Origin: Candidatus Saccharimonas aalborgensis
GTDB taxonomy: Bacteria; Patescibacteriota; Saccharimonadia; Saccharimonadales; Saccharimonadaceae
Direction: 5' to 3'
Assembly: GCF_000392435.1 (NCBI RefSeq)
Contig: NC_021219.1
Location: forward strand, 420,001 to 452,000
DNA: 32,000 bases
Shown here piece after piece: positions 16,400-23,691 of the stretch (position 1 is its first letter; each line of letters starts with the position of its first letter). Under the pieces are notes generated by a model. It made no database searches, was not told the origin of the DNA, and worked only from the letters and a program-made list of their open reading frames with translations. Position numbers and translations under genes: made by a program.

Positions 16400-17020
16400 A
16401 TGAATCCCCGTCCACATTCATACAAACCTTCTGCCACTCAGCACCGTGTGGTTGCTTTTAGTCCCCCGAAGCGTCCACCGTGGTATAGAGTGCGCATAGC
16501 AAAATTACTGCACCAACCACGACTTATCATTGGTGCCCTGCTTCTTCTTGGCATTGTCTTTATTATTAGCTGGTCTCAGAAAAAAAACGATCTTATTCAG
16601 CCTCACACCGAGACCACAGCGTCAACAAAAAAATCAAAAGATGAGGTTCCAAAGTTCATAACGGTACTACCAGGAGGTAAATCAATTGCCGACCTTGGCG
16701 GCTGGACACGCGTTAGTCCCGATTCTGCTGACCCAGTATTCGCCTACGTTGACAACCTGGATGGATCGCAGATTATTGTTAGTCAGCAACCACTTCCCGA
16801 CACATTTCAATCTGATCCCGAGGGACATATCGCTGAACTTGCAAAAAGTTACAATGCTTCAGACAAGATCAGCACTACAACCACGACAATCTATATTGGT
16901 GACTCAATAAAAGGACCGCAGTCGGTCATATGTACCAAATCAAAACTACTCATTCTCATCAAATCATCCGTCAAGCATTCGAACGATAGCTGGATTCGTT
17001 ACATTAATTCACTCAGCTAG
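16400..17020 (+). CDS. Bitopic membrane protein, unknown function
   Basis: ATG 16400 is preceded by aggaaaa (16382-16388). The track start at 16358 would overlap the previous gene. The N-terminus is basic and Pro-rich, followed by a TM helix (LIIGALLLLGIVFIISW) and a soluble domain of about 140 aa (..FAYVDNLDGSQIIVSQQPLP..). Confidence 0.75.
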   Translation: MNPRPHSYKPSATQHRVVAFSPPKRPPWYRVRIAKLLHQPRLIIGALLLLGIVFIISWSQKKNDLIQPHTETTASTKKSKDEVPKFITVLPGGKSIADLGGWTRVSPDSADPVFAYVDNLDGSQIIVSQQPLPDTFQSDPEGHIAELAKSYNASDKISTTTTTIYIGDSIKGPQSVICTKSKLLILIKSSVKHSNDSWIRYINSLS

Positions 17021-17039
17021 TATTACTGAACCACTAGCT
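17015..17039. terminator. Inverted repeat spanning the convergent stop codons (possible bidirectional terminator)
   Basis: AGCTAGT (17015-17021) and ACTAGCT (17033-17039) with an 11-nt loop. It overlaps TAG 17018-17020 on the plus strand and the minus-strand stop at 17023-17025. The stem is short and there is no U-tract. Confidence 0.25.
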
Positions 17040-17544
17040 CACCACGCATATACCCGCTCTTGCCGTTCTCGGCGCACGTTATGTCGATTGGCCACTTTCC
17101 CTTTGTTCTATTTGACTCAACTGACCAACTCCAGCTCACCACGCCATACTCATCTGCCATCTTTGGCACCAGGCCACTATCACGGCTTTTTTCACTATTG
17201 TCATACGTAACGATGATACTACAAGCAGCCTTTGGTTTGGTACGAATAGTAATTGAGGCATTTGACCCGGCTGAAAGTGGCGACGTCAATACGCTAATCG
17301 AAACACCAACCGGAGCGTTATCAGCAACTTTTGGCGGCGCTACTTCACGAGTCGGTGCTGGTTGGACCTTCGACACTTTCACTTCCGCGTGCTGCCCCGT
17401 CCACCACACATACCAGAGAGCTGCCGCGAGAGCGAGCAACAAGACAAGGAGCAGTGCAATTGTGGCTATCACAGCCGAGCGGCGGCGATGCTGTCGCCGG
17501 CGACCACGTGCTGTTGCCGGCGTGTGCTTCAATTCTTTGAGCAT
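17023..17544 (-). CDS. Bitopic membrane protein with a C-terminal Ig-like beta domain, unknown function
   Basis: 173-aa ORF. The N-terminus is Arg-rich (ARGRRRQHRRR), followed by a TM helix (VIATIALLLVLLLALAAALWYVWW). An extracellular domain follows (..VSISVLTSPLSAGSNASITIRTKPKAACSIIVTY..). It starts 5 nt after the upstream stop codon. The antisense ORF at 17060-17578 has no protein-like features. Confidence 0.8.
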   Translation of the reverse strand: MLKELKHTPATARGRRRQHRRRSAVIATIALLLVLLLALAAALWYVWWTGQHAEVKVSKVQPAPTREVAPPKVADNAPVGVSISVLTSPLSAGSNASITIRTKPKAACSIIVTYDNSEKSRDSGLVPKMADEYGVVSWSWSVESNRTKGKWPIDITCAENGKSGYMRGELVVQ

Positions 17545-17549
17545 GAGTG

Positions 17550-18113
17550 TTATTTATTTTTATCGTTGTACTCTTTGATGGTCTGCGAAACTTTACCATC
17601 GGCCTTGAGATTTTCAAAGAACAACACCTGGGTACGCTCAATCATCATCTCATCGTCTGGGCCGTGAAGCTCACCGCCCAACTTTATTAGTTCAACCCCA
17701 TTGCTATCACTGGTCTGCGGATTCTTTGCATCGCTCGTAGTTGACTTTGTTTGGAGATAAAAAACGCTCGTCAGTCGATAATACTCGTTGTTCGCTCGTT
17801 GCAACTTGCCAAAGTACACCTGTCCATTGCTAAGAAAAACAGCTTGATACTTATCTCCCTTTATAACATTACCGATAGTCGCTTGGTATACCATCCATCC
17901 GAGACAAGCCGCGATCAGTAGCGCGATGAGTCCACCGACAATCATCATAGTTCGACGCGAAAAGCGACGAAGCGGTTCCTGCCGCCGAAATGATACAGTC
18001 GAAGTGTGGGGTACTTCGCCGTGAGGCGGCTCTGCGACGGGTTCGGGTTCAGTGGACCGCAGTTGCTGTTGCGGTACGCCCGGACGAGTTGGGCGACTCG
18101 AAAATCTATCCAT
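17550..18113 (-). CDS. Bitopic membrane protein, unknown function
   Basis: 187-aa ORF. An AGGGAGAA Shine-Dalgarno box lies about 7 nt upstream of the ATG. A TM helix is present (MMIVGGLIALLIAACLGWMVY). A soluble domain follows (..YQAVFLSNGQVYFGKLQRANNEYYRLTSVFYLQ...LIKLGGELHGPDDEMMIERTQVLFFENL). Confidence 0.8.
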   Translation of the reverse strand: MDRFSSRPTRPGVPQQQLRSTEPEPVAEPPHGEVPHTSTVSFRRQEPLRRFSRRTMMIVGGLIALLIAACLGWMVYQATIGNVIKGDKYQAVFLSNGQVYFGKLQRANNEYYRLTSVFYLQTKSTTSDAKNPQTSDSNGVELIKLGGELHGPDDEMMIERTQVLFFENLKADGKVSQTIKEYNDKNK

Positions 18114-18142
18114 TATATTTCTCCCTTGTTATTCTTATGGTT

Positions 18143-18151
18143 ATCATATCA
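18143..18151 (-). promoter_or_regulatory. Extended -10 box upstream of the 17550-18113 gene
   Basis: The minus strand reads TGa-TATGAT (plus-strand coordinates 18151-18143). This is about 30 nt upstream of ATG 18113, and the AGGGAG Shine-Dalgarno box sits within that leader. Confidence 0.35.
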
Positions 18152-18185
18152 CAAGGCTCGTACCTCTGTCCAGAACACCAATCAC

Positions 18186-19376
18186 CTAGTGATAAGGATC
18201 GAGGGTAGCTTGCACTTTTTGTTCTTTGCCGTCTCGTATAATGCTAAGTTCAACCACGTCACCGACTGCCCGCCTCCCGACGAGAGAGGTGAGGCTATGT
18301 GTCTCATCAATCGATATGCCGTCAACTTTCGTGATAACATCTTTTTCTTTTAGGCCGGCCTTTTCAGCTGGACTACCGCCGATGATCGCCGACCCGCCGT
18401 GACTCGACAGTAAATAAGCACCGCGTTTTACCGACAATGTATAGGTCGACGCCACTTCATCAGTCAACGCAACATATCGCACGCCGAGATACGGCCGTTC
18501 AAACTTACCTGTTTTTATGACACTGGCTATCAGCCCCTTTACGTCGTCGATAGGGATAGCAAATCCAATATTTTCTGCTGAGCCGCTCGCTACTGCCGTG
18601 TTGATACCGATTACTTCACTATTCATGTTAACGAGCGGACCACCCGAATTACCAGAGTTAATTGCTGCGTCAGTTTGCAACAAATTTTGAAGCAATTCGC
18701 TCTGCGATCCACCTTCATTTCCGGCCTCAATACTCCGACCGTACCCAGACAAAATACCCGCCGTGACCGTATTTTGGAACTGGCCCAGTGCGTTACCTAT
18801 CGCCACTACTTTGTCACCCACCTGCAGACTCGACGAACTACCAAGTGTGGCAGGATGGAGTGATTTTCCTTTTGTGTTGTTGATCTTTAGGATGGCAATA
18901 TCGAGTGAATCGTCTGAACCTGTTCTTCCCACCACTGTGACATCATCGAGAACACTCCCATCTGATAGTGTAATCGACACCTTGGTGGCATCAGCGTCAA
19001 CCACATGACGGTTTGTCACAACATACCCATTATCGCTGACGATGATCCCCGTCCCTGCACTTTGCTGTGAATAGGCAATATCACGGCCAAAAAAATCATT
19101 CTGTGTTGCGCGGCTTGTCACGTTGATTGAGACCACGCTCTCGCCGACAGTCTTTGCAAGCGCACTGATATGTTGACCTTCTTCGACGGTGACTTGTCTG
19201 GTAAGCTGGCTGCTCGTGGCTGGTACAAATAAACGCGTCGCCACAATCCCGCCACCAAACCCGCAGAGCGTACTGACACCAATGATGACAATTGTATAGA
19301 GCAGTGGAAACCTGTGAGGATGACGATGACGTCTGGGACCAGCGGTTGATTGTGAAGAAAGTGGAGAGTTGTCCAT
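18186..19376 (-). CDS. htrA: HtrA/DegP-family (S1C) trypsin-like serine protease with a C-terminal PDZ domain, membrane-anchored
   Basis: The protease core contains GYVVTNRHVV (His), DIAILKI (Asp) and NSGNSGGPLVN (Ser). The PDZ segment reads GAYLL....SPAEKAGLKEKDVITKVDG. I chose ATG 19376 as the start: AGGTGA lies 7 nt upstream, and this ATG is just past the upstream TGA at 19384-19386. The track start at 19439 would overlap the upstream gene by 56 nt. Confidence 0.9.
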   Translation of the reverse strand: MDNSPLSSQSTAGPRRHRHPHRFPLLYTIVIIGVSTLCGFGGGIVATRLFVPATSSQLTRQVTVEEGQHISALAKTVGESVVSINVTSRATQNDFFGRDIAYSQQSAGTGIIVSDNGYVVTNRHVVDADATKVSITLSDGSVLDDVTVVGRTGSDDSLDIAILKINNTKGKSLHPATLGSSSSLQVGDKVVAIGNALGQFQNTVTAGILSGYGRSIEAGNEGGSQSELLQNLLQTDAAINSGNSGGPLVNMNSEVIGINTAVASGSAENIGFAIPIDDVKGLIASVIKTGKFERPYLGVRYVALTDEVASTYTLSVKRGAYLLSSHGGSAIIGGSPAEKAGLKEKDVITKVDGISIDETHSLTSLVGRRAVGDVVELSIIRDGKEQKVQATLDPYH

Positions 19377-19383
19377 CACATTA

Positions 19384-20520
19384 TCACCTACGCTTAGTGT
19401 CATGTTTTTTTGTATGCGTTTCTTCAATCGGCTCTTCATCTATGCTGGTCGGTATGTCATCAAGGAGGACTTTTCCGAGGGTATAGACATAGACAATGTC
19501 ATCGCGGACAATCAAGAATCTTGTTGCTTCATTTCCTGCTGGCGTCGCAACGATCGGTACTTTTAGTTCCTCCTCTAGATTGAGCATATCGTCGAAAGTC
19601 TGAACTGGTACCATGGTCTTACCTGCAATTGCAGCAGGCTGGCTCGCGCGGATGATGATACCATCGTGGTACCGATAGATTTTTTCGAGCTCTCGCTGGT
19701 AGGCTGATTTAAATATCTGTCTGCGCATGCCATACACTATCGCCATGAGACCAAACGCCGTTAGAATGCCCATGATAATTCGCTCATAATTTTTTGTCAT
19801 ATCTTGCCCTGACTTCATCGCCTGTGTGACAACTTGTTTCTTGTCTTCTTTTTCAAACTTGGTCGCAAATCGATAAATTGGCTGGTCCAGTGGCATCGTG
19901 ACCGTCGCGACTCTGATGTCGTCGAACCGTGTTCCATCAATCGAACCAGAAACGTGAACTGTAAAGGCAATTGTAACTTCCGAAGTAGCCGGCAGGGAAA
20001 GTGCTTGCTTCATTTGATTGACCATTTTTCGATAGTCTGCAAATGGTATCGATACCGAAGGGTCAAATGTAAGGTCAGAAGTTGTCACCACAGACGTGAC
20101 TGGCTTAATAAGCGAGTACTCTTTTGACCAGACGGTCGATATGTCCTTGCTGTCAGCTCCAAACATATACTGATAACGAACCGTTGCCGTCGCACCATAC
20201 AGTGTCGTCAATTCTACCGGCCGAGCGCTATGATACTTATAGTGAAGTGTTGCCTTTACCTCGTCAGTCAGGTCTGCGACATAGGCGGTGTTATTTGCAG
20301 CTGGTCCCTTATCATAAAAACTACTATTAAAATAGCTGACTCCCGTATCTACTGCCTGATTTACGGTGTAGTCGTAGCCGGTAGGGCTCACGGGAGTTGC
20401 GTCACTAGTATGCCCTAGGTCATAAAACAGCAACGCCGCACAAACAAGTAGCAACATCCCCAATAATACAAATCCAAATGACCGCTGAGAATGTTCTGGA
20501 TTTGCTATATCAAGTGCCAT
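19384..20520 (-). CDS. Two-TM membrane protein, DUF5305-like, the last gene of the SipW/TasA-type operon
   Basis: 378-aa ORF with AAGGGA 5 nt upstream of the ATG. There is an N-terminal TM helix (FGFVLLGMLLLVCAALLFY) and a large extracellular domain. A second TM helix (IIMGILTAFGLMAIVYGM) is followed by a cytoplasmic tail (..YRYHDGIIIRAS....VQTFDDMLNLEEELKVPIV....FLIVRDDIVYVYTLG). The topology and the position next to a SipW-like peptidase match my recollection of the DUF5305 family. No search was run. Confidence 0.6.
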   Translation of the reverse strand: MALDIANPEHSQRSFGFVLLGMLLLVCAALLFYDLGHTSDATPVSPTGYDYTVNQAVDTGVSYFNSSFYDKGPAANNTAYVADLTDEVKATLHYKYHSARPVELTTLYGATATVRYQYMFGADSKDISTVWSKEYSLIKPVTSVVTTSDLTFDPSVSIPFADYRKMVNQMKQALSLPATSEVTIAFTVHVSGSIDGTRFDDIRVATVTMPLDQPIYRFATKFEKEDKKQVVTQAMKSGQDMTKNYERIIMGILTAFGLMAIVYGMRRQIFKSAYQRELEKIYRYHDGIIIRASQPAAIAGKTMVPVQTFDDMLNLEEELKVPIVATPAGNEATRFLIVRDDIVYVYTLGKVLLDDIPTSIDEEPIEETHTKKHDTKRR

Positions 20521-20535
20521 GCCGTCCCTTTCTTT

Positions 20536-21699
20536 TTACTTTGCAAATTCCTTGAGCCAGACACTTGGGTATCCGACATAAGGTACCTGAGCACGTACAA
20601 TGCCGACGATCTGATCTGCCTGCACCGGCATGTCGGGGCTCGGGCTATTGTCGCCTTGCGTCAGAAAAACGCGTTTCCCTGATCCATCCGACGTGAAGTC
20701 GATCGCAATCACGCGGTGGGTCGTTGAGTGGCCCGTTGCTTCATATTGTACGATATCTCCTACCTGGACGTCCATCGGATTCGCCTTTTGCACAATCACA
20801 ACTGCTCCTCTCTCATAAACTGGTTTCATGCTATTACTCATGATTACTTGGGGCCGATAACTAAACGCTCCCGTCATGAAACTAATAAGCGCAATCATTA
20901 CTATGACGAAAGCAATGTTTTGAGTGTCACGCGCCCGTTGATGATGCCGGGTCGGCTCGGCTATATCATGTCGGTTTCGATCAATGGCGATATACACGCC
21001 AACCGCCAGTGCCGTCCAGGCAATACCCGTCATATACCAATCATACTTAGGGATGATAGGGGGCACAAACATCACGGCAATAACTCCCAGTCGATACGTA
21101 AGCTGCGAACCAAGTCCCGCCGTAAACGCGAGATACGTCAAAAGGACGCTGCTCGCAAATGCAGGTACGAGGCTAGACACGGTTATTTTTGTGAAATCCG
21201 CGATTGAGGCTGCATTATCAAACTGGGAAAAGCTGATTTGTTGAACGGAAAATAACGTGCCAATGATAACACCAAGCCACACAACGTTGCGTCTCCCCCC
21301 TAATAGCATAATTCCGTGTCGTACATACTCTAAGGCGGCAGCCGTAACACCAAATGTGGCAAGATTTATCACAACCGTCTGCCAGTTAACTGCTACTGCA
21401 TTATTTACATAGGTGACCGCTAAACCAGACAAGAAGTAGAGAACAAACCAAACCGATAATACCGAGCTAATGATGAGGCTTTTCTCTGCCTTATGGCGCA
21501 CTCGATCATGTTGTCCGCGGGTCACTTGACGAGTAATGAGTGCTGTGGCCGTAACCAATATCGGCTGCAACACACTGAGCGAAATCGATGCGCTAATTAT
21601 TCCGACGCGCTCGAGTATAACCGGAAGCAAAATAGCGATCAGCGCCAATAGGCACAAATACCATACTACAACCTTGATGGTCCGAGCCTTCCGAAACAT
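20536..21699 (-). CDS. Fusion protein: polytopic membrane domain (about 280 aa) plus a C-terminal ER/archaeal-type (SipW-like, S26B) signal peptidase I domain
   Basis: The C-terminal ~105 aa read IMSNSMKPVYERGAVVIVQK...GDIVQYE....THRVIAI......FLTQGDNSPSPD. These give the Ser box (SxSMxP), the His box (HRV) and the GDN..D box of SipW/Sec11-type peptidases. The N-terminal part has roughly eight or nine hydrophobic segments by eye. The ATG overlaps the upstream TAA by 1 nt (TAATG). Confidence 0.85.
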   Translation of the reverse strand: MFRKARTIKVVVWYLCLLALIAILLPVILERVGIISASISLSVLQPILVTATALITRQVTRGQHDRVRHKAEKSLIISSVLSVWFVLYFLSGLAVTYVNNAVAVNWQTVVINLATFGVTAAALEYVRHGIMLLGGRRNVVWLGVIIGTLFSVQQISFSQFDNAASIADFTKITVSSLVPAFASSVLLTYLAFTAGLGSQLTYRLGVIAVMFVPPIIPKYDWYMTGIAWTALAVGVYIAIDRNRHDIAEPTRHHQRARDTQNIAFVIVMIALISFMTGAFSYRPQVIMSNSMKPVYERGAVVIVQKANPMDVQVGDIVQYEATGHSTTHRVIAIDFTSDGSGKRVFLTQGDNSPSPDMPVQADQIVGIVRAQVPYVGYPSVWLKEFAK

Positions 21700-22511
21700 T
21701 AGGCTTTACCCTTCACCGCTGCTCCGGTCGTTGTCCATGTTGTCATTGTAGAAGTGACTGAGGTCGAAAATGAGTATTGTGACCCGTTAGCGATTGGTAT
21801 GGCCGCCCCAGTATACGTCAGTACCGTTGATGTGCAGGTGTACGTTACTCCAGCCGGCACAGTCGATGTGCAAGTCTTTGTCGTTGGAATTGTGACCCGC
21901 CAACCACTGATCGGCTGACCCGAATTATTCGTGATTACTACCGACAGTGGAAACGCACCACCGCTTTTTGGCGACGCGGTGGCGGCCACAGTAAGCCCAG
22001 GAATTGCCACATACGCAGTTGAGTACGTCGCAGAGATATTAACGTTTTGGGGCGTGTAGTATGCGACAGTACTTGTAAATCTAATCGAGTTAGAGGTGTT
22101 ATTTATGGTGCTTGATGCACCGGCAGCGATAGTGACTGTGCGAGTAATCGTTACGACATGAGTCGTATTATTGATAGTACACGCCACGGTAGTCGGACAA
22201 GTGATCGCTGTAGTATCGTTTGGCACAGTAAATTGTACTTGCCAAGCAGTGATTGAGGTCACACCATTATTTTTTATGACAAAGGGGTTAAGCTTGTAGG
22301 TATATACGCCGGCTGCAAACGTTGCTGTCTTGGTATAGGTAACGGTTGTATAATTATTTGAAATGTAAGCGACACTCGATACAGCGGTATCAACCGAAAG
22401 CTGTTGGCTGAACAAAGCATAGGTTGTGCTCACTACCAATAGAGGCATCGCGAGGAGGAGCCCCATTTGCCGAATTGCCGCTCTGTATTTTTCTCGACGT
22501 CGCTTCCCCAC
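21699..22511 (-). CDS. Larger secreted subunit with the same SipW-type N-terminus and two Thr/Val-rich beta modules (possible minor or tip subunit)
   Basis: GTG 22511 is preceded by GGAA about 10 nt upstream. An alternative ATG lies 15 codons in. The N-terminus is KRRREKYRAAIRQMGLLLAMPLLVVSTTYALFSQQLSV. Its YA-x-F-S-x-x-L motif is shared with the two smaller subunits (YAAFSQNLTI, YASFATTLTV). Two modules contain ..ITAWQVQFTVP.. and ..ISGWRVTIP.. motifs. Confidence 0.8.
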   Translation of the reverse strand: MGKRRREKYRAAIRQMGLLLAMPLLVVSTTYALFSQQLSVDTAVSSVAYISNNYTTVTYTKTATFAAGVYTYKLNPFVIKNNGVTSITAWQVQFTVPNDTTAITCPTTVACTINNTTHVVTITRTVTIAAGASSTINNTSNSIRFTSTVAYYTPQNVNISATYSTAYVAIPGLTVAATASPKSGGAFPLSVVITNNSGQPISGWRVTIPTTKTCTSTVPAGVTYTCTSTVLTYTGAAIPIANGSQYSFSTSVTSTMTTWTTTGAAVKGKA

Positions 22512-22525
22512 CGCTACTGATTCCG

Positions 22526-23023
22526 TTAATTTTGAACGTAATTAAAGGTAATCGTCGCTGCTTTGTTGGCGCCGCTCGGGTTTGTCGAAGCACTAGCAGC
22601 CCATGTCACACTGATGGTAGCGGTTGTGGAAGCGTTGGGAGCCAAGGTATCGTTGACCGCTACACCACTGATTGCATACGTCAGGTAGGTTGGCGCGCCG
22701 CTGTTGATGGCGGTCAGGTTGGTGATAGTGCTCAACTTTGCGTTGATGTTGCCCTTGTTTTTGATGACGACTTGGTATGACGACGTTGCGCCAGGGTACG
22801 CTAGGTCGACATTAAACGTCGCTGAGGTAGCCGTAAATGATGGTGTACTGGCATGATCGGTGGCACCGACCTGTCCGGTGGGCGTGATACTGATGATTTC
22901 TACTGCCCAGTTACCAGTAGCAGTACCGGTACCATTGACAGTGAGTGTTGTCGCAAACGATGCGTACGCGATCGACGCCGCCGAGACGAGCACGATTGCG
23001 AGTGATATAATTTTGTTTCTCAA
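22526..23023 (-). CDS. TasA-like / SipW-dependent-signal secreted subunit, paralogue 2
   Basis: I chose TTG 23023 as the start. It gives (M)RNKIISLAIVLVSAASIAYASF.., colinear with paralogue 1 (MRNKIVAAALVLVAVASVAYAAF..), and has the same AAAGGAA Shine-Dalgarno box 9 nt upstream. Shared blocks are GNW.VEIISIT, TSATFNVDLAYPGAT, KNKGNINAK and VTW. The track start at 23098 adds 25 non-homologous residues that run through a promoter. Confidence 0.85.
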   Translation of the reverse strand: MRNKIISLAIVLVSAASIAYASFATTLTVNGTGTATGNWAVEIISITPTGQVGATDHASTPSFTATSATFNVDLAYPGATSSYQVVIKNKGNINAKLSTITNLTAINSGAPTYLTYAISGVAVNDTLAPNASTTATISVTWAASASTNPSGANKAATITFNYVQN

Positions 23024-23066
23024 CGAGATGTTTCCTTTTGTATATTGTGTCCTATACCTATCTAGA

Positions 23067-23095
23067 ATTATACTCCTCTCCTCTCCTTGAGACAA
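23067..23095 (-). promoter_or_regulatory. Sigma70-type promoter for the paralogue-2 gene, internal to the operon
   Basis: The minus strand reads TTGTCT (plus 23095-23090), a 17-nt spacer, then a consensus TATAAT (plus 23072-23067). This sits 43 nt upstream of the TTG start at 23023. Confidence 0.5.
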
Positions 23096-23134
23096 CAAAC
23101 AAACCGTGTCCTCTCATCAGTCGAGAGGACACGG
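23095..23134 (-). terminator. Intrinsic terminator or attenuator directly after the first TasA-like gene
   Basis: Perfect 12-bp stem: CCGTGTCCTCTC (23104-23115) and GAGAGGACACGG (23123-23134) with a 7-nt loop. On the minus strand the hairpin is followed by TTTGTTTGT (23103-23095). It lies 22 nt after the TAA of the 23157-23660 gene. Confidence 0.65.
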
Positions 23135-23156
23135 GAAACGTAGCTATACGTTGTTT

Positions 23157-23660
23157 TTAGGTGTTCTGAGCAAAGCCGTAGGTGATTGTTGCGTTCTTTG
23201 TCACGGTCGTTACATTAGTAGTCGCGGTGCCAAGCCAGGTGACGGTAACTGTAGCAGTCACCGTGCTACCGGGGGTCAATGGATCATCAACCGCTGGACC
23301 GGTAACGGTAAACTTAACATCGGCAGGATCTGCTGCATTTGTTGCGACCAAATCAGGAATGGAGCTCACCTTTGCGTTGATATTGCCCTTGTTTTTCATG
23401 ACGACATCATACGTAGCCGTCGCGCCAGGGTAGGCCAAGTCAACGTTGAAAGTAGCTGATGTTGCATTAAATGAAGGGGCAACGTTATTGTGATCACTTT
23501 CGCCTGTACCCGAGGTCTTTGTAATACTTATGATCTCGACGCTCCAGTTACCAGATGCGTTTCCCGTACCATTGATCGTAAGGTTTTGTGAAAATGCTGC
23601 ATACGCCACGGACGCAACGGCGACGAGGACGAGTGCGGCAGCGACAATTTTGTTTCTCAT
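23157..23660 (-). CDS. TasA-like / SipW-dependent-signal secreted subunit, paralogue 1 (likely the major subunit)
   Basis: 167-aa ORF with AAAGGAA 9-10 nt upstream of the ATG. The signal-like N-terminus is MRNKIVAAALVLVAVASVAYA/AFSQNLTINGTG. A beta-rich body follows (..TSATFNVDLAYPGATATYDVVMKNKGNINAKV..). It is the first gene of the operon and is followed by a strong hairpin. The antisense ORFs at 23106-23459 and 23182-23433 were rejected. Confidence 0.9.
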   Translation of the reverse strand: MRNKIVAAALVLVAVASVAYAAFSQNLTINGTGNASGNWSVEIISITKTSGTGESDHNNVAPSFNATSATFNVDLAYPGATATYDVVMKNKGNINAKVSSIPDLVATNAADPADVKFTVTGPAVDDPLTPGSTVTATVTVTWLGTATTNVTTVTKNATITYGFAQNT

Positions 23661-23691
23661 ACAGAATGGTTCCTTTTATGTTTAGTTGTGT

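Noticed and set aside
16580-16587. A8 homopolymer inside the 16400-17020 CDS (and T7 at 19405-19411), considered as phase-variation switches
   Set aside because: The runs are short and encode ordinary Lys-rich linkers. A single sequence gives no evidence of length heterogeneity.
17060-17578. 172-aa plus-strand ORF antisense to 17023-17544
   Set aside because: The minus-strand ORF has a canonical basic-TM-ectodomain layout and is tightly coupled to the upstream minus-strand gene. The plus-strand translation is Ser/Arg/Cys-rich with no recognisable feature.
19377-19439. Longer HtrA start (track 19439, or ATG 19403)
   Set aside because: Both would overlap the upstream gene by 20-56 nt. ATG 19376 has an AGGTGA box at ideal spacing just after the upstream stop codon.
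20728-21244. Plus-strand ORFs antisense to the signal-peptidase fusion gene
   Set aside because: The minus-strand frame carries unmistakable S26B motifs and TM helices. The antisense translations are Arg/His-rich noise.
23024-23098. Upstream 25-codon extension of the TasA-like paralogue 2 (track start TTG 23098)
   Set aside because: The extension runs through a TTGTCT-17-TATAAT promoter and the terminator U-tract, and it is not homologous to paralogue 1. TTG 23023 restores colinearity and has the same Shine-Dalgarno spacing.
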